A DNA stretch of 64,000 bases from Candidatus Iainarchaeum sp. (GTDB lineage: Archaea; Iainarchaeota; Iainarchaeia; Iainarchaeales; DTGL01): NCBI GenBank assembly GCA_026396995.1, contig JAPLVS010000054.1:24052-88051 (forward strand), in the 5' to 3' direction. This document shows positions 18,473 to 28,436 of the stretch, one piece after another. The notes beneath the pieces are model-generated. The model did no database searches and had not been told where the DNA came from. It worked only from the letters and a program-made list of their open reading frames with translations. The stretch's first letter is position 1. The number at the start of each line of letters is the position of its first letter. The position numbers and the translations under genes were made by a program.

Positions 18473-19627
18473 ATGGAACGTACCAGTGTTGAAGAAGTGA
18501 TGGAAAAGAATTTTTTGAAAATAGGCGCAGATGAGCGCGTTTCAAAGCTTTTGGGGCTGCTGAATTCCGCAAAAAAATACCATGCGGTGGTGTTCGATTC
18601 TTCGGATACCTATTTGGGCATAACTTCCACCAGCGGGCTTTTGCGCAGGCAGGCCGACCTTTCCCAGATGAAGGTCAGGAGCGTTACCGATGAAAACAGG
18701 CCGATGCTTTCAAGGGAAATGTCTTTGATGAAAGCTGCTGAGCTCATGTATGTTTCTGACAGCCGCGTGTTGCCTGTCGTGGAAAACGGCAATGTTTACG
18801 GCATTGTTTCAGCCGACGCCCTTATCAGGGAGGCAGCGGAGCGCTCCCCGATTGCTTCTTCCAGAGCCAGGGATATAGCGTCATCTGCGCTCGTGGTCCT
18901 TAAGCAGGACGAACCGCTCGGAAAGGCTGTTTCACTTATGAAGGAGCGCAACATCAAAAGGATTCTTGTTGTTGACAAAGCCGGAAAAATTTCAGGAACT
19001 CTTTCTTTGCGCAACCTTATGGAAAAATACCTAGCCCAGTCCACAGGCGGAAGGATTGCCTCTCTAGGGGATGCGCACGGCCATTCAACCGAAAGGGACA
19101 GCGCCCTGACAATCCCTGTTTCGAGCGAAATGTCCACTTTGTTCAAGACAATAGAGCCTGACAAAAAAATAGGGCCTTTGCTTTCCGACATTGAAAACGG
19201 CTATGCGATTGTCCTTGCCGAGAAAGGAAAGCCTGTTGGCATTATCACAAGAAGGGATTTGCTTGAAGCAATCGTGAAGACAGGGGCAGTCGAAAGAAAT
19301 ATTCAAACCGCCAACATGCCTGCACTGGATGAAATTGACATGGCAAGGGTCAACAGCACGATTGAGACCGCTTACGACCGCGTGAAAAAGTCCCTGAACA
19401 CCACCTATTTCCTTCTGGTGCATTTCAAGCAGTACAAGCAGGCTGGTGGGAAAACCAAGCATTCAATCCACGTCCACGCTTCAGGCCCGGGAATGAACTT
19501 TAAGGCTGAATCCTATTCCTGGAATGTGCTAACCGCCTTGCAGGATGCCCTGGGCGAACTGGAGCGCGAGATAAGGAAGGGAATAGGCAAAAAAACCAGG
19601 GGCAGCAAAAAAGCGAGGGCAAAATAA
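18473..19627 (+). CDS. Protein with four CBS domains (two Bateman modules) and a C-terminal HPF/RaiA-like domain
   Basis: Four CBS repeats with typical G-h-h-s/t..D motifs. The last ~90 aa (HSIHVHASGPGMNFKAESYSWNVLTALQDALGELEREIRK) resemble the ribosome hibernation factor / YfiA fold signature. Confidence 0.6.
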   Translation: MERTSVEEVMEKNFLKIGADERVSKLLGLLNSAKKYHAVVFDSSDTYLGITSTSGLLRRQADLSQMKVRSVTDENRPMLSREMSLMKAAELMYVSDSRVLPVVENGNVYGIVSADALIREAAERSPIASSRARDIASSALVVLKQDEPLGKAVSLMKERNIKRILVVDKAGKISGTLSLRNLMEKYLAQSTGGRIASLGDAHGHSTERDSALTIPVSSEMSTLFKTIEPDKKIGPLLSDIENGYAIVLAEKGKPVGIITRRDLLEAIVKTGAVERNIQTANMPALDEIDMARVNSTIETAYDRVKKSLNTTYFLLVHFKQYKQAGGKTKHSIHVHASGPGMNFKAESYSWNVLTALQDALGELEREIRKGIGKKTRGSKKARAK

Positions 19628-19639
19628 AAATTTCAAAAA

Positions 19640-19918
19640 AAAGCGTGGGCACGCCCTGAAATCGATTTGGCCTGAAAGGCTGGAGTGACCCACTGCATTC
19701 CTCGCTTCCGTTTACCTCAAAGCATTTCGCTTAAAGGCCACCGTTGCTTTCTTCCGAACCTGGCGGGTTCACCCTTAGGCAAAACCTAAGAGGACAGAAG
19801 TTCCTTGTAGTGCAATGGCTCCGGCTTTCCAGGAAAAACCTTTCCCAAGGCTTCGGTCCCGGCGTGAAGCGGATTTCCGGCTACAGGGAACCGCTGCCTC
19901 CCCAACCTAGCCCACAAA
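19640..19918 (-). ncRNA. ffs: Signal recognition particle RNA (7S/SRP RNA)
   Basis: On the minus strand, GGUGAACCCGCCAGGUUCGGAAGAAAGCAACGGUGGCC matches SRP RNA helix 8 (GGAA tetraloop, AGCA). CACUCCAGCCU pairs with the 5' CCUGGAAAGCCGGAG to form helix 5. The terminal helix is GUGGGC/GCCCAC. A hairpin plus T8 run lies at the 3' end. Confidence 0.65.
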
Positions 19919-20242
19919 TAAATTAGTGCCGGAGAAGCTTTTAATCATTGGCATTTCCCTGTTTTCAGGGGTTCCGCGCCTCTTCCTGCATTTCTTTTTT
20001 GATCTCTTCCTTGAGCTCTTCCCTGAACTGCTTCATGGACTCGTTTTGAATGGATGGTAAAAAGGATTACCAGAAAGAATCTGAGGGCCAGGATAAAAAT
20101 AACCAGGGGCAGCATTACAAGCGCCATCAGAATAATTATGGGCTTGAAATAAGCCAAGGCGTAATTTTTGCCCTTGTTCCCTTCGCCCCCATCCATGCTC
20201 TAACCCACTATATTGCGCTTCGCAGGTTTAAATATTGTTCTT

Positions 20243-21427
20243 TTATGCAAGAACCTTAAGTTCTTTCCCGATTTTTTCGAATTTTCCGAGCGCTTCGTCC
20301 AAATCCTCTTTCGAGTGCGCTGCCGAAACCATTGTGCGAATCCTTGCCTTGTCCCTTGCCACCATTGGGAAGAGTATCGGCAGGGCGAAAACGCCTTCCC
20401 TGAACAAATTCTGGCTGAACTGGACTGCGGTTGCGCTTTCCCCAAGCATTATCGGCGTGATCGGGGTTTCGCTTTGCCCTGTGTCAAAGCCAAGCGCCTT
20501 CAGTTTCTGCTTGAAGTATGCTGTGTTTTTCCATAATTTTTTCACAAAAGATTCGTTCTTTTCCAGGAGCTTCAATGATGCAATGCATGCTGCCACGGTC
20601 GCAGGGGGCGATGACCCGCTCAAAAGCCATGTCCTGCTCTTGTTGTAGGCGAAATCGCATATTTCCTTTTTTCCGCAGACATAGCCGCCCATTACGCCGA
20701 ATGCCTTGCTGAAAGTGCCCATTTCGAATTCTATTTTGTTCTGCAAATGGAAGTGGTGCACGATTCCTTTCCCTTTCGCGCCGAGGACACCGTCGCCGTG
20801 CGCATCGTCAACGTAAACCATCGCATTATGCTCGTGGGCGGTTCTCTCGATTTTGTCAAGAGGCGCAATATCGCCGTCCATGCTGAACACGCCGTCCGTT
20901 ACCACCAGTTTTTTCCCGTAATTTTTTTTGTCACTTTCCTCAAGTAATGCTTTCAGTTTTTCCATGTCCTTGTGCCCGAAGACCATTCTTTCGGCCTTGC
21001 TTAACCGCATTCCGTCTATTATGCTCCCGTGGTTCAATTCGTCGCTGATAATCAGGTCGCCTTCGAGCATCATTGCGGGAATCATTCCCGCATTCACGGC
21101 AAATCCAGTCTGGTAGTATGTTGCGGCTTCTGTTCCCTTGAATTTTGCTATTTCTTTTTCCAGTTTCAGGTGCAGGTCCATTGTCCCTGCAATTCCCCTT
21201 ACCGAGCCCGAGCCTGCGCCGTATTTTTTCACTGCTTCAATGGCTGCCTTTTTCAGGGCAGGATGGTTGCTTAGGCCGAGGTAATTGTTCGAGCAGAAAA
21301 TTATGACTTTTTTCCCTTCAACCGTGCCTCTTGCCCCCGAGGCAGTTTCAAGGCTTTTCAGCGTCCATTCAAGCTTTTTTTCCCTCAAGTCCTTCATTGT
21401 ATTTGAAAAGAATTCTTCACCGGCCAT
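20243..21427 (-). CDS. kbl: 2-amino-3-ketobutyrate CoA ligase (glycine C-acetyltransferase)
   Basis: PLP alpha-oxoamine synthase. It matches the Kbl fold signature end to end, including SDELNHGSIIDG, VDDAHG, the PLP-Lys motif TFSKAFG, and C-terminal ARIRTMVSAAH. Confidence 0.85.
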   Translation of the reverse strand: MAGEEFFSNTMKDLREKKLEWTLKSLETASGARGTVEGKKVIIFCSNNYLGLSNHPALKKAAIEAVKKYGAGSGSVRGIAGTMDLHLKLEKEIAKFKGTEAATYYQTGFAVNAGMIPAMMLEGDLIISDELNHGSIIDGMRLSKAERMVFGHKDMEKLKALLEESDKKNYGKKLVVTDGVFSMDGDIAPLDKIERTAHEHNAMVYVDDAHGDGVLGAKGKGIVHHFHLQNKIEFEMGTFSKAFGVMGGYVCGKKEICDFAYNKSRTWLLSGSSPPATVAACIASLKLLEKNESFVKKLWKNTAYFKQKLKALGFDTGQSETPITPIMLGESATAVQFSQNLFREGVFALPILFPMVARDKARIRTMVSAAHSKEDLDEALGKFEKIGKELKVLA

Positions 21428-21511
21428 TTTTTCCCACCCCGCGAAAAGATTTGGGTGTGCAAGCTTTTTATCCCTTTTCACACAACCATATTTCCCATTG
21501 GGGATGTTGCA

Positions 21512-22546
21512 ATGAAAGCGCTTTTCAAATCTAAATCACAGAGGGGCCTTGAGCTTCTTGATGTAGAAAAGCCTTCCCCAAAAAAGGGCGAGGTTCTGGT
21601 CAAAGTTAAGGCCGCAAGCATTTGCGGCACAGATTTGCACATTTATGAGTGGAACGAGTGGGCCCAAAACCGCATCAAGCCGCCTCTCATCGCCGGTCAC
21701 GAGGTCGCGGGTGAGATAGTCGAATTGGGCGAGGGCGTGAAAGGCTTTGGGAAAGGCGATTTGGTTTCTGCGGAAACCCATGTTTATTGCGGCAAGTGCT
21801 TCCAGTGCCTTTCAGGCAACAGGCATGTCTGCGAGACAATGAAGATTTTCGGCGTTGACATTGACGGCGTGTTTGCGGAATATGCGGTCATTCCGGCGCA
21901 AAACGCCTGGAAGAATCCCAAGGGAATGAAGCCCGAGATTGCAGCAATCCAGGAGCCTTTCGGGAATGCTGTCCATTCTGTTTTTGCAGGCGGCGACAGG
22001 ATCGATGGCAGCACTGTGCTTATAACCGGCGCAGGCCCGATCGGCTGTTTTGCGGCTGGCATTGCAAAGGCTGCCGGCGCAAAAAAAGTGATTGTTTCCG
22101 ATTTGAATGATTTCCGTTTGAGCCTTGCAGGTAAAATGAAGGCGGATATTTTGGTTAATGCCCAGAATGAAAACCTTGCCGAGTGTGTGAAAAAGGAAAC
22201 CAATGGCAGGGGCGCTGATATTTTCATTGAAATGTCAGGCAGCGGTGCAGCATTGAACGACGGCCTTAAATCCTTGCGGGTCGGCGGCCGCGTGTCAATT
22301 CTTGGGGTTTTCAACAAGCCTGTGGCGCTTGATGTCACGAACGACATTGTTTTCAAGTATGCAAGAATTTTCGGCATAAATGGCAGGCTTATCTTTGACA
22401 CCTGGAAGAAAACCAGCGAGCTCATCAATAAAAAGCTTGTCGACCCTTCGCCGGTCATAACGCACCGCTTTCCTTTGAAGGATTTTGAGGAAGGCTTTTC
22501 CTTGCTCGAGCACGGCAAGGCAGGCAAAGTGGTTTTGGTCCCCTGA
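21512..22546 (+). CDS. tdh: L-threonine 3-dehydrogenase (zinc-dependent MDR family)
   Basis: ASICGTDLHIYEWNEW, GHEVAGEIVELG, Rossmann GAGPIG, and C-terminal VVLVP. Divergent partner of kbl. Confidence 0.8.
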   Translation: MKALFKSKSQRGLELLDVEKPSPKKGEVLVKVKAASICGTDLHIYEWNEWAQNRIKPPLIAGHEVAGEIVELGEGVKGFGKGDLVSAETHVYCGKCFQCLSGNRHVCETMKIFGVDIDGVFAEYAVIPAQNAWKNPKGMKPEIAAIQEPFGNAVHSVFAGGDRIDGSTVLITGAGPIGCFAAGIAKAAGAKKVIVSDLNDFRLSLAGKMKADILVNAQNENLAECVKKETNGRGADIFIEMSGSGAALNDGLKSLRVGGRVSILGVFNKPVALDVTNDIVFKYARIFGINGRLIFDTWKKTSELINKKLVDPSPVITHRFPLKDFEEGFSLLEHGKAGKVVLVP

Positions 22547-22589
22547 TTCTACGCTTTAAAAAAAGTTCGCCTGTAATTTTTTCGGTGTT

Positions 22590-23033
22590 ATGGTGCAAGC
22601 CTGGCTTCTTTTCGGCATCCTGGCAGCTGTTTTTTTCGGCTGCCATGCAATCGCCACAAAGGTGGCGGTGTCAGAAAAATTTTTCGGCTTGAGCCCTGCA
22701 CTTGTGTCTCTTTTGGCGCTTGCCGGAATGGGAATTGTGTTTATTGCAGGGATGCTGTTTGAAGGCGTTCCGGAACTTCCGAAAAACAGTGCAGGAATCG
22801 CCTTTGCGGTATTTGCCGGTGTTTTGTGGGGCATTGGTTTCCTGCTTACCCTGAAAGCATTTTCAATAGGTGCGGAAGCTGCAAAGCTTGCCCCGATTTA
22901 TAACACCAATACGCTTGTTGCGGTTTTCCTTGGAATTGTCCTGCTGAAAGAGCTTCCGACCGCGGGAAGCGCTTTCACTGTGGTGCTTGGCGCCCTCCTT
23001 ATTGTTGCCGGCGCTTTCCTTGTGAGCTTGTAG
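22590..23033 (+). CDS. Small EamA/DMT-like membrane protein (4 TM)
   Basis: 147 aa, four hydrophobic helices, the pattern of a single EamA half-domain. Confidence 0.4.
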   Translation: MVQAWLLFGILAAVFFGCHAIATKVAVSEKFFGLSPALVSLLALAGMGIVFIAGMLFEGVPELPKNSAGIAFAVFAGVLWGIGFLLTLKAFSIGAEAAKLAPIYNTNTLVAVFLGIVLLKELPTAGSAFTVVLGALLIVAGAFLVSL

Positions 23034-23081
23034 CTGAGCGTTCTTCCCTTCAAGCATTGCTTTTGTTTTGCGTTTTCCGGT

Positions 23082-24047
23082 TTATTCCTTGTCCTTGTCT
23101 TTCACGTCTTCGATGCCCCTTTCCGTTACCTGGTAGAGTGCTTCGCCGTCAGGGAGGCTTGGCGAATCGACGAGCTTTGCGACTCTTTTTTCGCCTTTGC
23201 TTTTCCTCAAGTAAAGCCTTGTTTTTGAAGCGTGCCCTACAATGTTTCCGCCTACCGGCGCTGTCGGGTCCCCGAAGAGGATATCAGGTCTTTCCATCAC
23301 CTGGTTTGTGACAAGCACGACTATGTTATGCATTTCAGCAAGTTTCATTAGTTGCCTCATGTGCTTGTTTAATTTTTGCTGCCTTTCCGCAAGCATTCCC
23401 CTGCCTATATATTCAGACCTGAATTGCGAGGTTAAAGAATCAACGATGAGCAGCTTGATGTTTTTTTCTTTTATGATGTCTTCGGCCTTGTCTGCCAGGA
23501 GCATCTGGTGGTCTGCATTGTATGCCCTTGCCACATAAATGTTTTTGAGCGTTTTTTCAGGGTCTAAGCCCTTGCCTTTCGCTATTGCCATCACCCTTTC
23601 AGGCCTGAAGCTCGATTCAGAGTCGATGTACAAAATGTTTCCGTTCAGTCCGCCCTTGTCCTGCGGCAATTGCGTCATCACACACAGCTGGAAGCACCAC
23701 TGTGTTTTCCCTGAAGACATTTTCCCGTACACTTCGGTGATGCTCTGGGTTTCAAGGCCTCCGCCCAATAATTCATCCAGTTCATTGCTGCCAGTGTGAA
23801 TGCGGCCGATTTTTTCCCTTCTCTTGTGGATTACGTCGGCTGTCTCAAAGCCCATTTCGAGCGCGTCCCTTGCGGCCTTTATTGCTTTTTCCGCTGTCTT
23901 GTCCCCGAGCCCGGCTGCTTCGGTCAGTTCCATCGGCGAAGCAACCGCTATGCTTTCCAGTGTCCTGTAATTCGCCTTGTATAGTTTTTCCGCTCCCTGC
24001 GGGCCTATTCCAGGCAAATCGCTTACTTCTTTTATTTCATCAGCCAT
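23082..24047 (-). CDS. radA: DNA repair and recombination protein RadA
   Basis: N-terminal HhH ([13 protein letters not shown]), Walker [22 protein letters not shown], and Walker [13 protein letters not shown]. 321 aa. Confidence 0.9.
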   Translation of the reverse strand: MADEIKEVSDLPGIGPQGAEKLYKANYRTLESIAVASPMELTEAAGLGDKTAEKAIKAARDALEMGFETADVIHKRREKIGRIHTGSNELDELLGGGLETQSITEVYGKMSSGKTQWCFQLCVMTQLPQDKGGLNGNILYIDSESSFRPERVMAIAKGKGLDPEKTLKNIYVARAYNADHQMLLADKAEDIIKEKNIKLLIVDSLTSQFRSEYIGRGMLAERQQKLNKHMRQLMKLAEMHNIVVLVTNQVMERPDILFGDPTAPVGGNIVGHASKTRLYLRKSKGEKRVAKLVDSPSLPDGEALYQVTERGIEDVKDKDKE

Positions 24048-24104
24048 ACTATCACCATCACCGTTTATTTTTTCATTGGACCATTTAAATATGCTTTTGG
24101 AGGT

Positions 24105-25484
24105 TCACTTCCCCTGAATCCCTTCGGCTGCATTCAATGCGTTTTCCATTTCTTTTTCAGCGTCGATGCTTTTCACAGTGCTTGCAGTGAGTTCCAGTTC
24201 TTCCTCATTCATCGCATTTGCCTTCACTGTTCCGCTGAAAAGGAATGTTTTTCCGACAACGCTGCCTGAAATTTCGCCGATTATTTCCGCCGGGGTTTTT
24301 TCCCCTATTTTTGAGGCTATCTCTTCAGTGTGCCTGTCAAGGATTTTTTCAGCATTCCTCCCGAACACGCTTGCCCTGATTGCGCCTGTGCCGTCGTCTA
24401 TGGTGGCAGTTACCACCAGCCTGTTTTTGGGTTTTGTTTCGCCGCATTTAGCGCAAAGCCATGAATCGGCCTCGCCCTGCGCTTTCGAGCCGCATTTCCC
24501 GCACACTTTGAAAATCAGGTTGCCCCTGTTCAGTGCCGTGATTGTGCCGAGCACTTCAGCCTGCTCGCCTTTTTCCAGTTCCTTGACCATTTTCCTTTTG
24601 AATTCGGTGCCCGCAAGTTCCTCGAGTTTCGGCATTTCAAAGCCGATCGTTGGGTTTGAAATTATCCTTGAATTCCAGCCCAAGTGCAGCTCCAGTCCTT
24701 TCTGGCCTTTTTTCGTGTAAGCGCCCTCGATTTTTATAAGTTCTCCGGCTTCGAGCTTGTTTGCCATTACTGCCAAATCGTTCCATGCTGTCGCCCTTAC
24801 CTGCCCGCTTCCGTCGCCGACCAGAAAATTCACTACCTTCCTTTTCTCCCCATCCCTCATAAATTCGTTCATTTCAAAAACTCTGATTACGCGCGCGAAC
24901 ACATCCGTGTTTTCCATTGCCTCCCCGAGGTCAGAAATTTTCAATGCAACCTTTTCGGCTTTCGGGAGCGTGCTCGAATCCAGTTTGGGGTTTATTTCTA
25001 TGTTTCCATCGAATGGAATGCCCAACTGCAATTGACCTTTATAGCTTGAAACAGCCGCATTCTTCAGCAGCAATACAGTGCCCCTTTCCACTTTCTTTTT
25101 TTCGATTTCTTTCGCCTGTTCGCTCCAGAGCGTGAGTGAAATTTCTCCTGTTTCGTCGCCGACCAAAAGCCTGCAGTATTTTCCTTTCCTGCCCTCTTTC
25201 TCGAATTCCTTTGCTGCATAAACGTGCAGCACCCTCACAGGCAATTCCAATCCTTTCATCCCTTCTTCCAGGGTGCTTATTTTCGTCTTTTTCTCGGCAG
25301 GCTTTTCGAACTCCACCTGAACCTTCAATTCCTTTGCAACCATAAAGGCCGCGCCTGAATCAGTGAGCAGGCCGGTGAACTTGGTTTTTTTCTCTTCTAT
25401 GAGCTTCCGTATTTCCTGTTCGCTTTTCCCGCTCTCACTGCAAACCTTTGCAAGCAGTTCAGTAAAATCAGCCGTTTCAGCCAT
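24105..25484 (-). CDS. rpa: Replication protein A-like ssDNA-binding protein with OB folds and a C-terminal zinc ribbon
   Basis: Repeated OB-fold modules and CGKCGSKAQGEADSWLCAKCGETKP near the C-terminus. Confidence 0.6.
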   Translation of the reverse strand: MAETADFTELLAKVCSESGKSEQEIRKLIEEKKTKFTGLLTDSGAAFMVAKELKVQVEFEKPAEKKTKISTLEEGMKGLELPVRVLHVYAAKEFEKEGRKGKYCRLLVGDETGEISLTLWSEQAKEIEKKKVERGTVLLLKNAAVSSYKGQLQLGIPFDGNIEINPKLDSSTLPKAEKVALKISDLGEAMENTDVFARVIRVFEMNEFMRDGEKRKVVNFLVGDGSGQVRATAWNDLAVMANKLEAGELIKIEGAYTKKGQKGLELHLGWNSRIISNPTIGFEMPKLEELAGTEFKRKMVKELEKGEQAEVLGTITALNRGNLIFKVCGKCGSKAQGEADSWLCAKCGETKPKNRLVVTATIDDGTGAIRASVFGRNAEKILDRHTEEIASKIGEKTPAEIIGEISGSVVGKTFLFSGTVKANAMNEEELELTASTVKSIDAEKEMENALNAAEGIQGK

Positions 25485-25547
25485 TTAAGCCCCCAATTAA
25501 GATTGCCTGCGTTCTTTTTTTAACGGATTGCCCTTATTCTCCCTATT

Positions 25548-26207
25548 ATGTTCGAAAGCGTCATTCCGAACGTGCACGTGTTTTATTCCTCGAATTACGG
25601 CTCCAACATTTATTTTCTCATCGGAAGAAAGATAGCGGTTATCGATGCCAGCACAGGCAACAATGCAGGCGAAATCACTTCCGGCTTAAAAAGCCTTAAA
25701 ATAAAGCCTGAGGAAGTGGATTTCCTGCTTTTCACGCACGGCCACGCAGACCATTTCGGCTGCGCTTCCTTGTTTTCAAAAGCCGAAAAGAGAATGCACG
25801 AATTAGACGCTGAAAAAATGGCACTCAAGGATTTGGAATTTGCCGGAGCAGGGATTTTCGGCGCAAAGGATTTCCCGAAAATAAATTCCAATTTCATTGA
25901 AGGCGAGGAGATTGATTTGAAGCCTTTCACGCTCAAAGTTTTTTTCACTCCAGGCCATACTTCCGGCTCTGTCTGCTTTTTCGAGGAAAAGCAATCCCTG
26001 CTGTTTTCAGGCGACACCCTGTTCGCCGGCGGCTGCGGGCGCACTGACCTTGTTTCAGGCAACGAAGCCAGCCTCACAGAATCGATTGAAATGCTCTCCA
26101 AGCTCGATTTTAAGGTGCTTTTGCCAGGCCATGGCCTGATTTTAAAGCAGGGCCAGGAAGCCAACACTGCCGAAGTATTAAAAACTCTAAAGCACAAATA
26201 TCTTTGA
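25548..26207 (+). CDS. MBL-fold metallo-hydrolase (glyoxalase II-like)
   Basis: LLFTHGHADHFG (HxHxDH), plus downstream His and Asp ligands (TPGHTSGS, GDTLF). Confidence 0.7.
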   Translation: MFESVIPNVHVFYSSNYGSNIYFLIGRKIAVIDASTGNNAGEITSGLKSLKIKPEEVDFLLFTHGHADHFGCASLFSKAEKRMHELDAEKMALKDLEFAGAGIFGAKDFPKINSNFIEGEEIDLKPFTLKVFFTPGHTSGSVCFFEEKQSLLFSGDTLFAGGCGRTDLVSGNEASLTESIEMLSKLDFKVLLPGHGLILKQGQEANTAEVLKTLKHKYL

Positions 26208-26229
26208 GGCATTGAAAGGGATGGTTTGA

Positions 26230-27021
26230 ATGGACCGTGTAAGGAAATTCGGAAAGGTTTATTCGCGCATTCTTGACACAATTGAAAAGGACGGCGGCCT
26301 CACCTTTCTTGTCGTTGACCCGCCGAACCAGGAGCCTGAAGTTGCAGGCGTCCTCGGCAAAATCGCCTCGGAATCAGGCGTTGACGCGATTGCTGTCGGT
26401 GGCTCGGTGGGCGCGCAGGGGAAGCTATTGGATGACACGATTGCAAGGATTAAAGAAAACAGCCCACTTCCCGTGATATTGTTCCCTGGCAACATTGCCT
26501 CGATTTCGCCAAGGGCAGATGCAGTCTATTTCATGAGCATGCTGAATTCCACAGACCCGTATTACATCACCGGAGCACAGATTGCAAGCGCCCTTCCAAT
26601 CAAAAAAATGGGCCTGGAAGCCATCGGCACTTCATATATTGTAATCGAGCCAGGCCGCGCTGTCGGTTGGGTGGGAAGGGCACACCTGATTCCCCGCGAA
26701 CTTCCATACCTTGCAGGCATCACTGCGCTCGCAGGCCAAATGATGGGCTCGCAGATTGTAATCCTTGAATCAGGCGGCGGAGCAGAAAAGCACGCCCCCC
26801 TGGAAATGATTGCTGCCACGCGCAAGCTAATCGACATTCCGCTTGTGGTTGCAGGCGGAGTGAAAACCAAGGAAAACGCCTATGACTGCATCAAGTCAGG
26901 CGCGGACATAGTGCATATCGGCACTGCCATAGAGCATGTTTCGGACGACCGCAAGCAGGCGAAAGAAAAACTCGAAGGGATTTCTAAAGCGGTCAAGAAA
27001 GCCGGAAAGGAAAAAAAGTAA
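26230..27021 (+). CDS. Geranylgeranylglyceryl phosphate synthase (PcrB/GGGPS family)
   Basis: TIM-barrel PcrB signature with an LVVDPP N-terminal region and C-terminal VVAGGVKTKENAYDCIKSGADIVHIGTAIE. Confidence 0.7.
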   Translation: MDRVRKFGKVYSRILDTIEKDGGLTFLVVDPPNQEPEVAGVLGKIASESGVDAIAVGGSVGAQGKLLDDTIARIKENSPLPVILFPGNIASISPRADAVYFMSMLNSTDPYYITGAQIASALPIKKMGLEAIGTSYIVIEPGRAVGWVGRAHLIPRELPYLAGITALAGQMMGSQIVILESGGGAEKHAPLEMIAATRKLIDIPLVVAGGVKTKENAYDCIKSGADIVHIGTAIEHVSDDRKQAKEKLEGISKAVKKAGKEKK

Positions 27022-27035
27022 GTTGAGCAATTTTT

Positions 27036-27728
27036 ATGGCTGGAAACAATGCCTTCCAAATAAAGAAGAGAAGGCAAATTGAACTTGTTGCAATGATGCA
27101 TTCTGTTGCGGTGTCCTTGAGCCCGGAGCAAAAAAGATTTGTGCGCCCTTATGCAAATCTGACTGCGCTGAGGAAGTACTTTAACGGTAGATTGAAGCCA
27201 GGGCAGACAGTGGCATTGGAAATTTCACAGGGCCTTTTGGAAGCAGTGAGAGAACGCGGCTTTCGGAGGCGTTTGAAAGTGATGGCAGCCCTTCCAGACC
27301 CCCCCTATGATGTGCTGGGACCAGCGTCATTTGCAGTTGGCTTGGTAAAATATCTTGACTCGGCTGGTGCAAAGATAATTCCCCTCGCCACAATGGCGGA
27401 AAACAGGGCGGAATTGCAATCGCTCAGAGATGAGCGATATGCCAAAAGGATTGCAAGGCTTGCGGAAACAGGAAAAAAGCCGGATTTTGTTTTAATCGGG
27501 GCCAGCCATGGGAGGTCAGTGCAAAGCCTTTTGAGGAAAAAAGGCTATTTTGCCAACATTGCTTTTAAAACAGGTTTGCCGGAGGAGGCGATGGAATCGC
27601 TCTTAGCGAAATCAGCACGTGAAAGAGAAATGGAACGTCTGGCCCGCCTAAAGAGTAGGCTCCAGAAAAAACAAAGAAACCTCAAAGAAGGACGACTCAC
27701 GCCAAAGCGCCCCCGCCTCCCAAAATAG
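27036..27728 (+). CDS. Hypothetical protein
   Basis: 230-aa ORF with a basic C-terminus. No motif recognised. Confidence 0.35.
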   Translation: MAGNNAFQIKKRRQIELVAMMHSVAVSLSPEQKRFVRPYANLTALRKYFNGRLKPGQTVALEISQGLLEAVRERGFRRRLKVMAALPDPPYDVLGPASFAVGLVKYLDSAGAKIIPLATMAENRAELQSLRDERYAKRIARLAETGKKPDFVLIGASHGRSVQSLLRKKGYFANIAFKTGLPEEAMESLLAKSAREREMERLARLKSRLQKKQRNLKEGRLTPKRPRLPK

Positions 27729-27742
27729 GGAGAAACAGCCAA

Positions 27743-27783
27743 AATCAACCAATGTTATACTTTTTTATAATTTTGGTTGATTC
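27743..27783. promoter_or_regulatory. Perfect 10-bp inverted repeat AATCAACCAA-N21-TTGGTTGATT bracketing a TATA-like TTTTTTATAA, immediately upstream of the AbiEii-like gene
   Basis: Seen directly. It overlaps the predicted promoter and start region of 27792-28436. Confidence 0.35.
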
Positions 27784-27791
27784 TATTTAAT

Positions 27792-28436
27792 ATGAAGTTG
27801 CCGTTGTTCAACAGGCTGAAAAGCCAGTTGCACCGCGATATGGCCCTGTTGCAGGACGAGGTTGCGGATATCGTGTATTCGATTGAGCCAAAGGCGGTAT
27901 TGCATGGCGGCACCGCGGTCTGGCGCTGTTATTCGAGCAACCGCTTTTCAGAAGACCTCGATTTTTACATCGGTTCCGGCAAGGGCTTCAGGGAAAAATT
28001 TTTTTCCGCGGTTGAATCGCGCGGCCTCAGGGTTGAAAAATTCAAGCAGACTTCAAGCACGGTTTTTTCCAAAATTTCCAGCGGCCGGAATGAAGTTCGT
28101 TTTGAGGCCGCATTGAGGCTGCCGAAAAAGACAGCCGCTGCCGGATATGAAAAGGCCGATGGGACATTCATGAGCATTTTCACCCTGTCGCCCGAGGGCC
28201 TCCTGCTGGAAAAAATGTCAGCGTACCAAAACAGGCGCCTTGCCCGCGACCTTTATGACATTGTTTCACTGCTTTCTTTTGTGAAAGACGAAAAAGTAAT
28301 TGAAAGCGAAGCGCTGGCGTTCATCGAATCCGCCAAAGCGCCTGTTGATGAAAAAGCCCTGAAAGCCCTGGTGTTCTCAGGCGCAGTGCCTTCATTTGAA
28401 CAGGCAATGGATGCAATAAGGAGGCGGTTCAAATGA
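27792..28436 (+). CDS. AbiEii/AbiGii-family nucleotidyltransferase (type IV TA toxin-like)
   Basis: LHGGTAVWRCYSSNRFSEDLDFYIG matches the AbiEii NTase motif (GGTAL...R.SEDIDF). Confidence 0.55.
   Translation: MKLPLFNRLKSQLHRDMALLQDEVADIVYSIEPKAVLHGGTAVWRCYSSNRFSEDLDFYIGSGKGFREKFFSAVESRGLRVEKFKQTSSTVFSKISSGRNEVRFEAALRLPKKTAAAGYEKADGTFMSIFTLSPEGLLLEKMSAYQNRRLARDLYDIVSLLSFVKDEKVIESEALAFIESAKAPVDEKALKALVFSGAVPSFEQAMDAIRRRFK

Noticed and set aside
19640-19918. RNase P RNA, because GGAAAGCCGGAGCCA resembles the P4 strand GGAAAGUCCGGGCUCCA
   Set aside because: The same strand has a much stronger SRP RNA helix-8/helix-5 signature (GGUGAACC...CCAGGUUCGGAAGAAAGCAACGG, CACUCCAGCCU). The P4-like segment pairs with the 3' region as SRP helix 5. 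No CR-II or CR-V RNase P elements are present.
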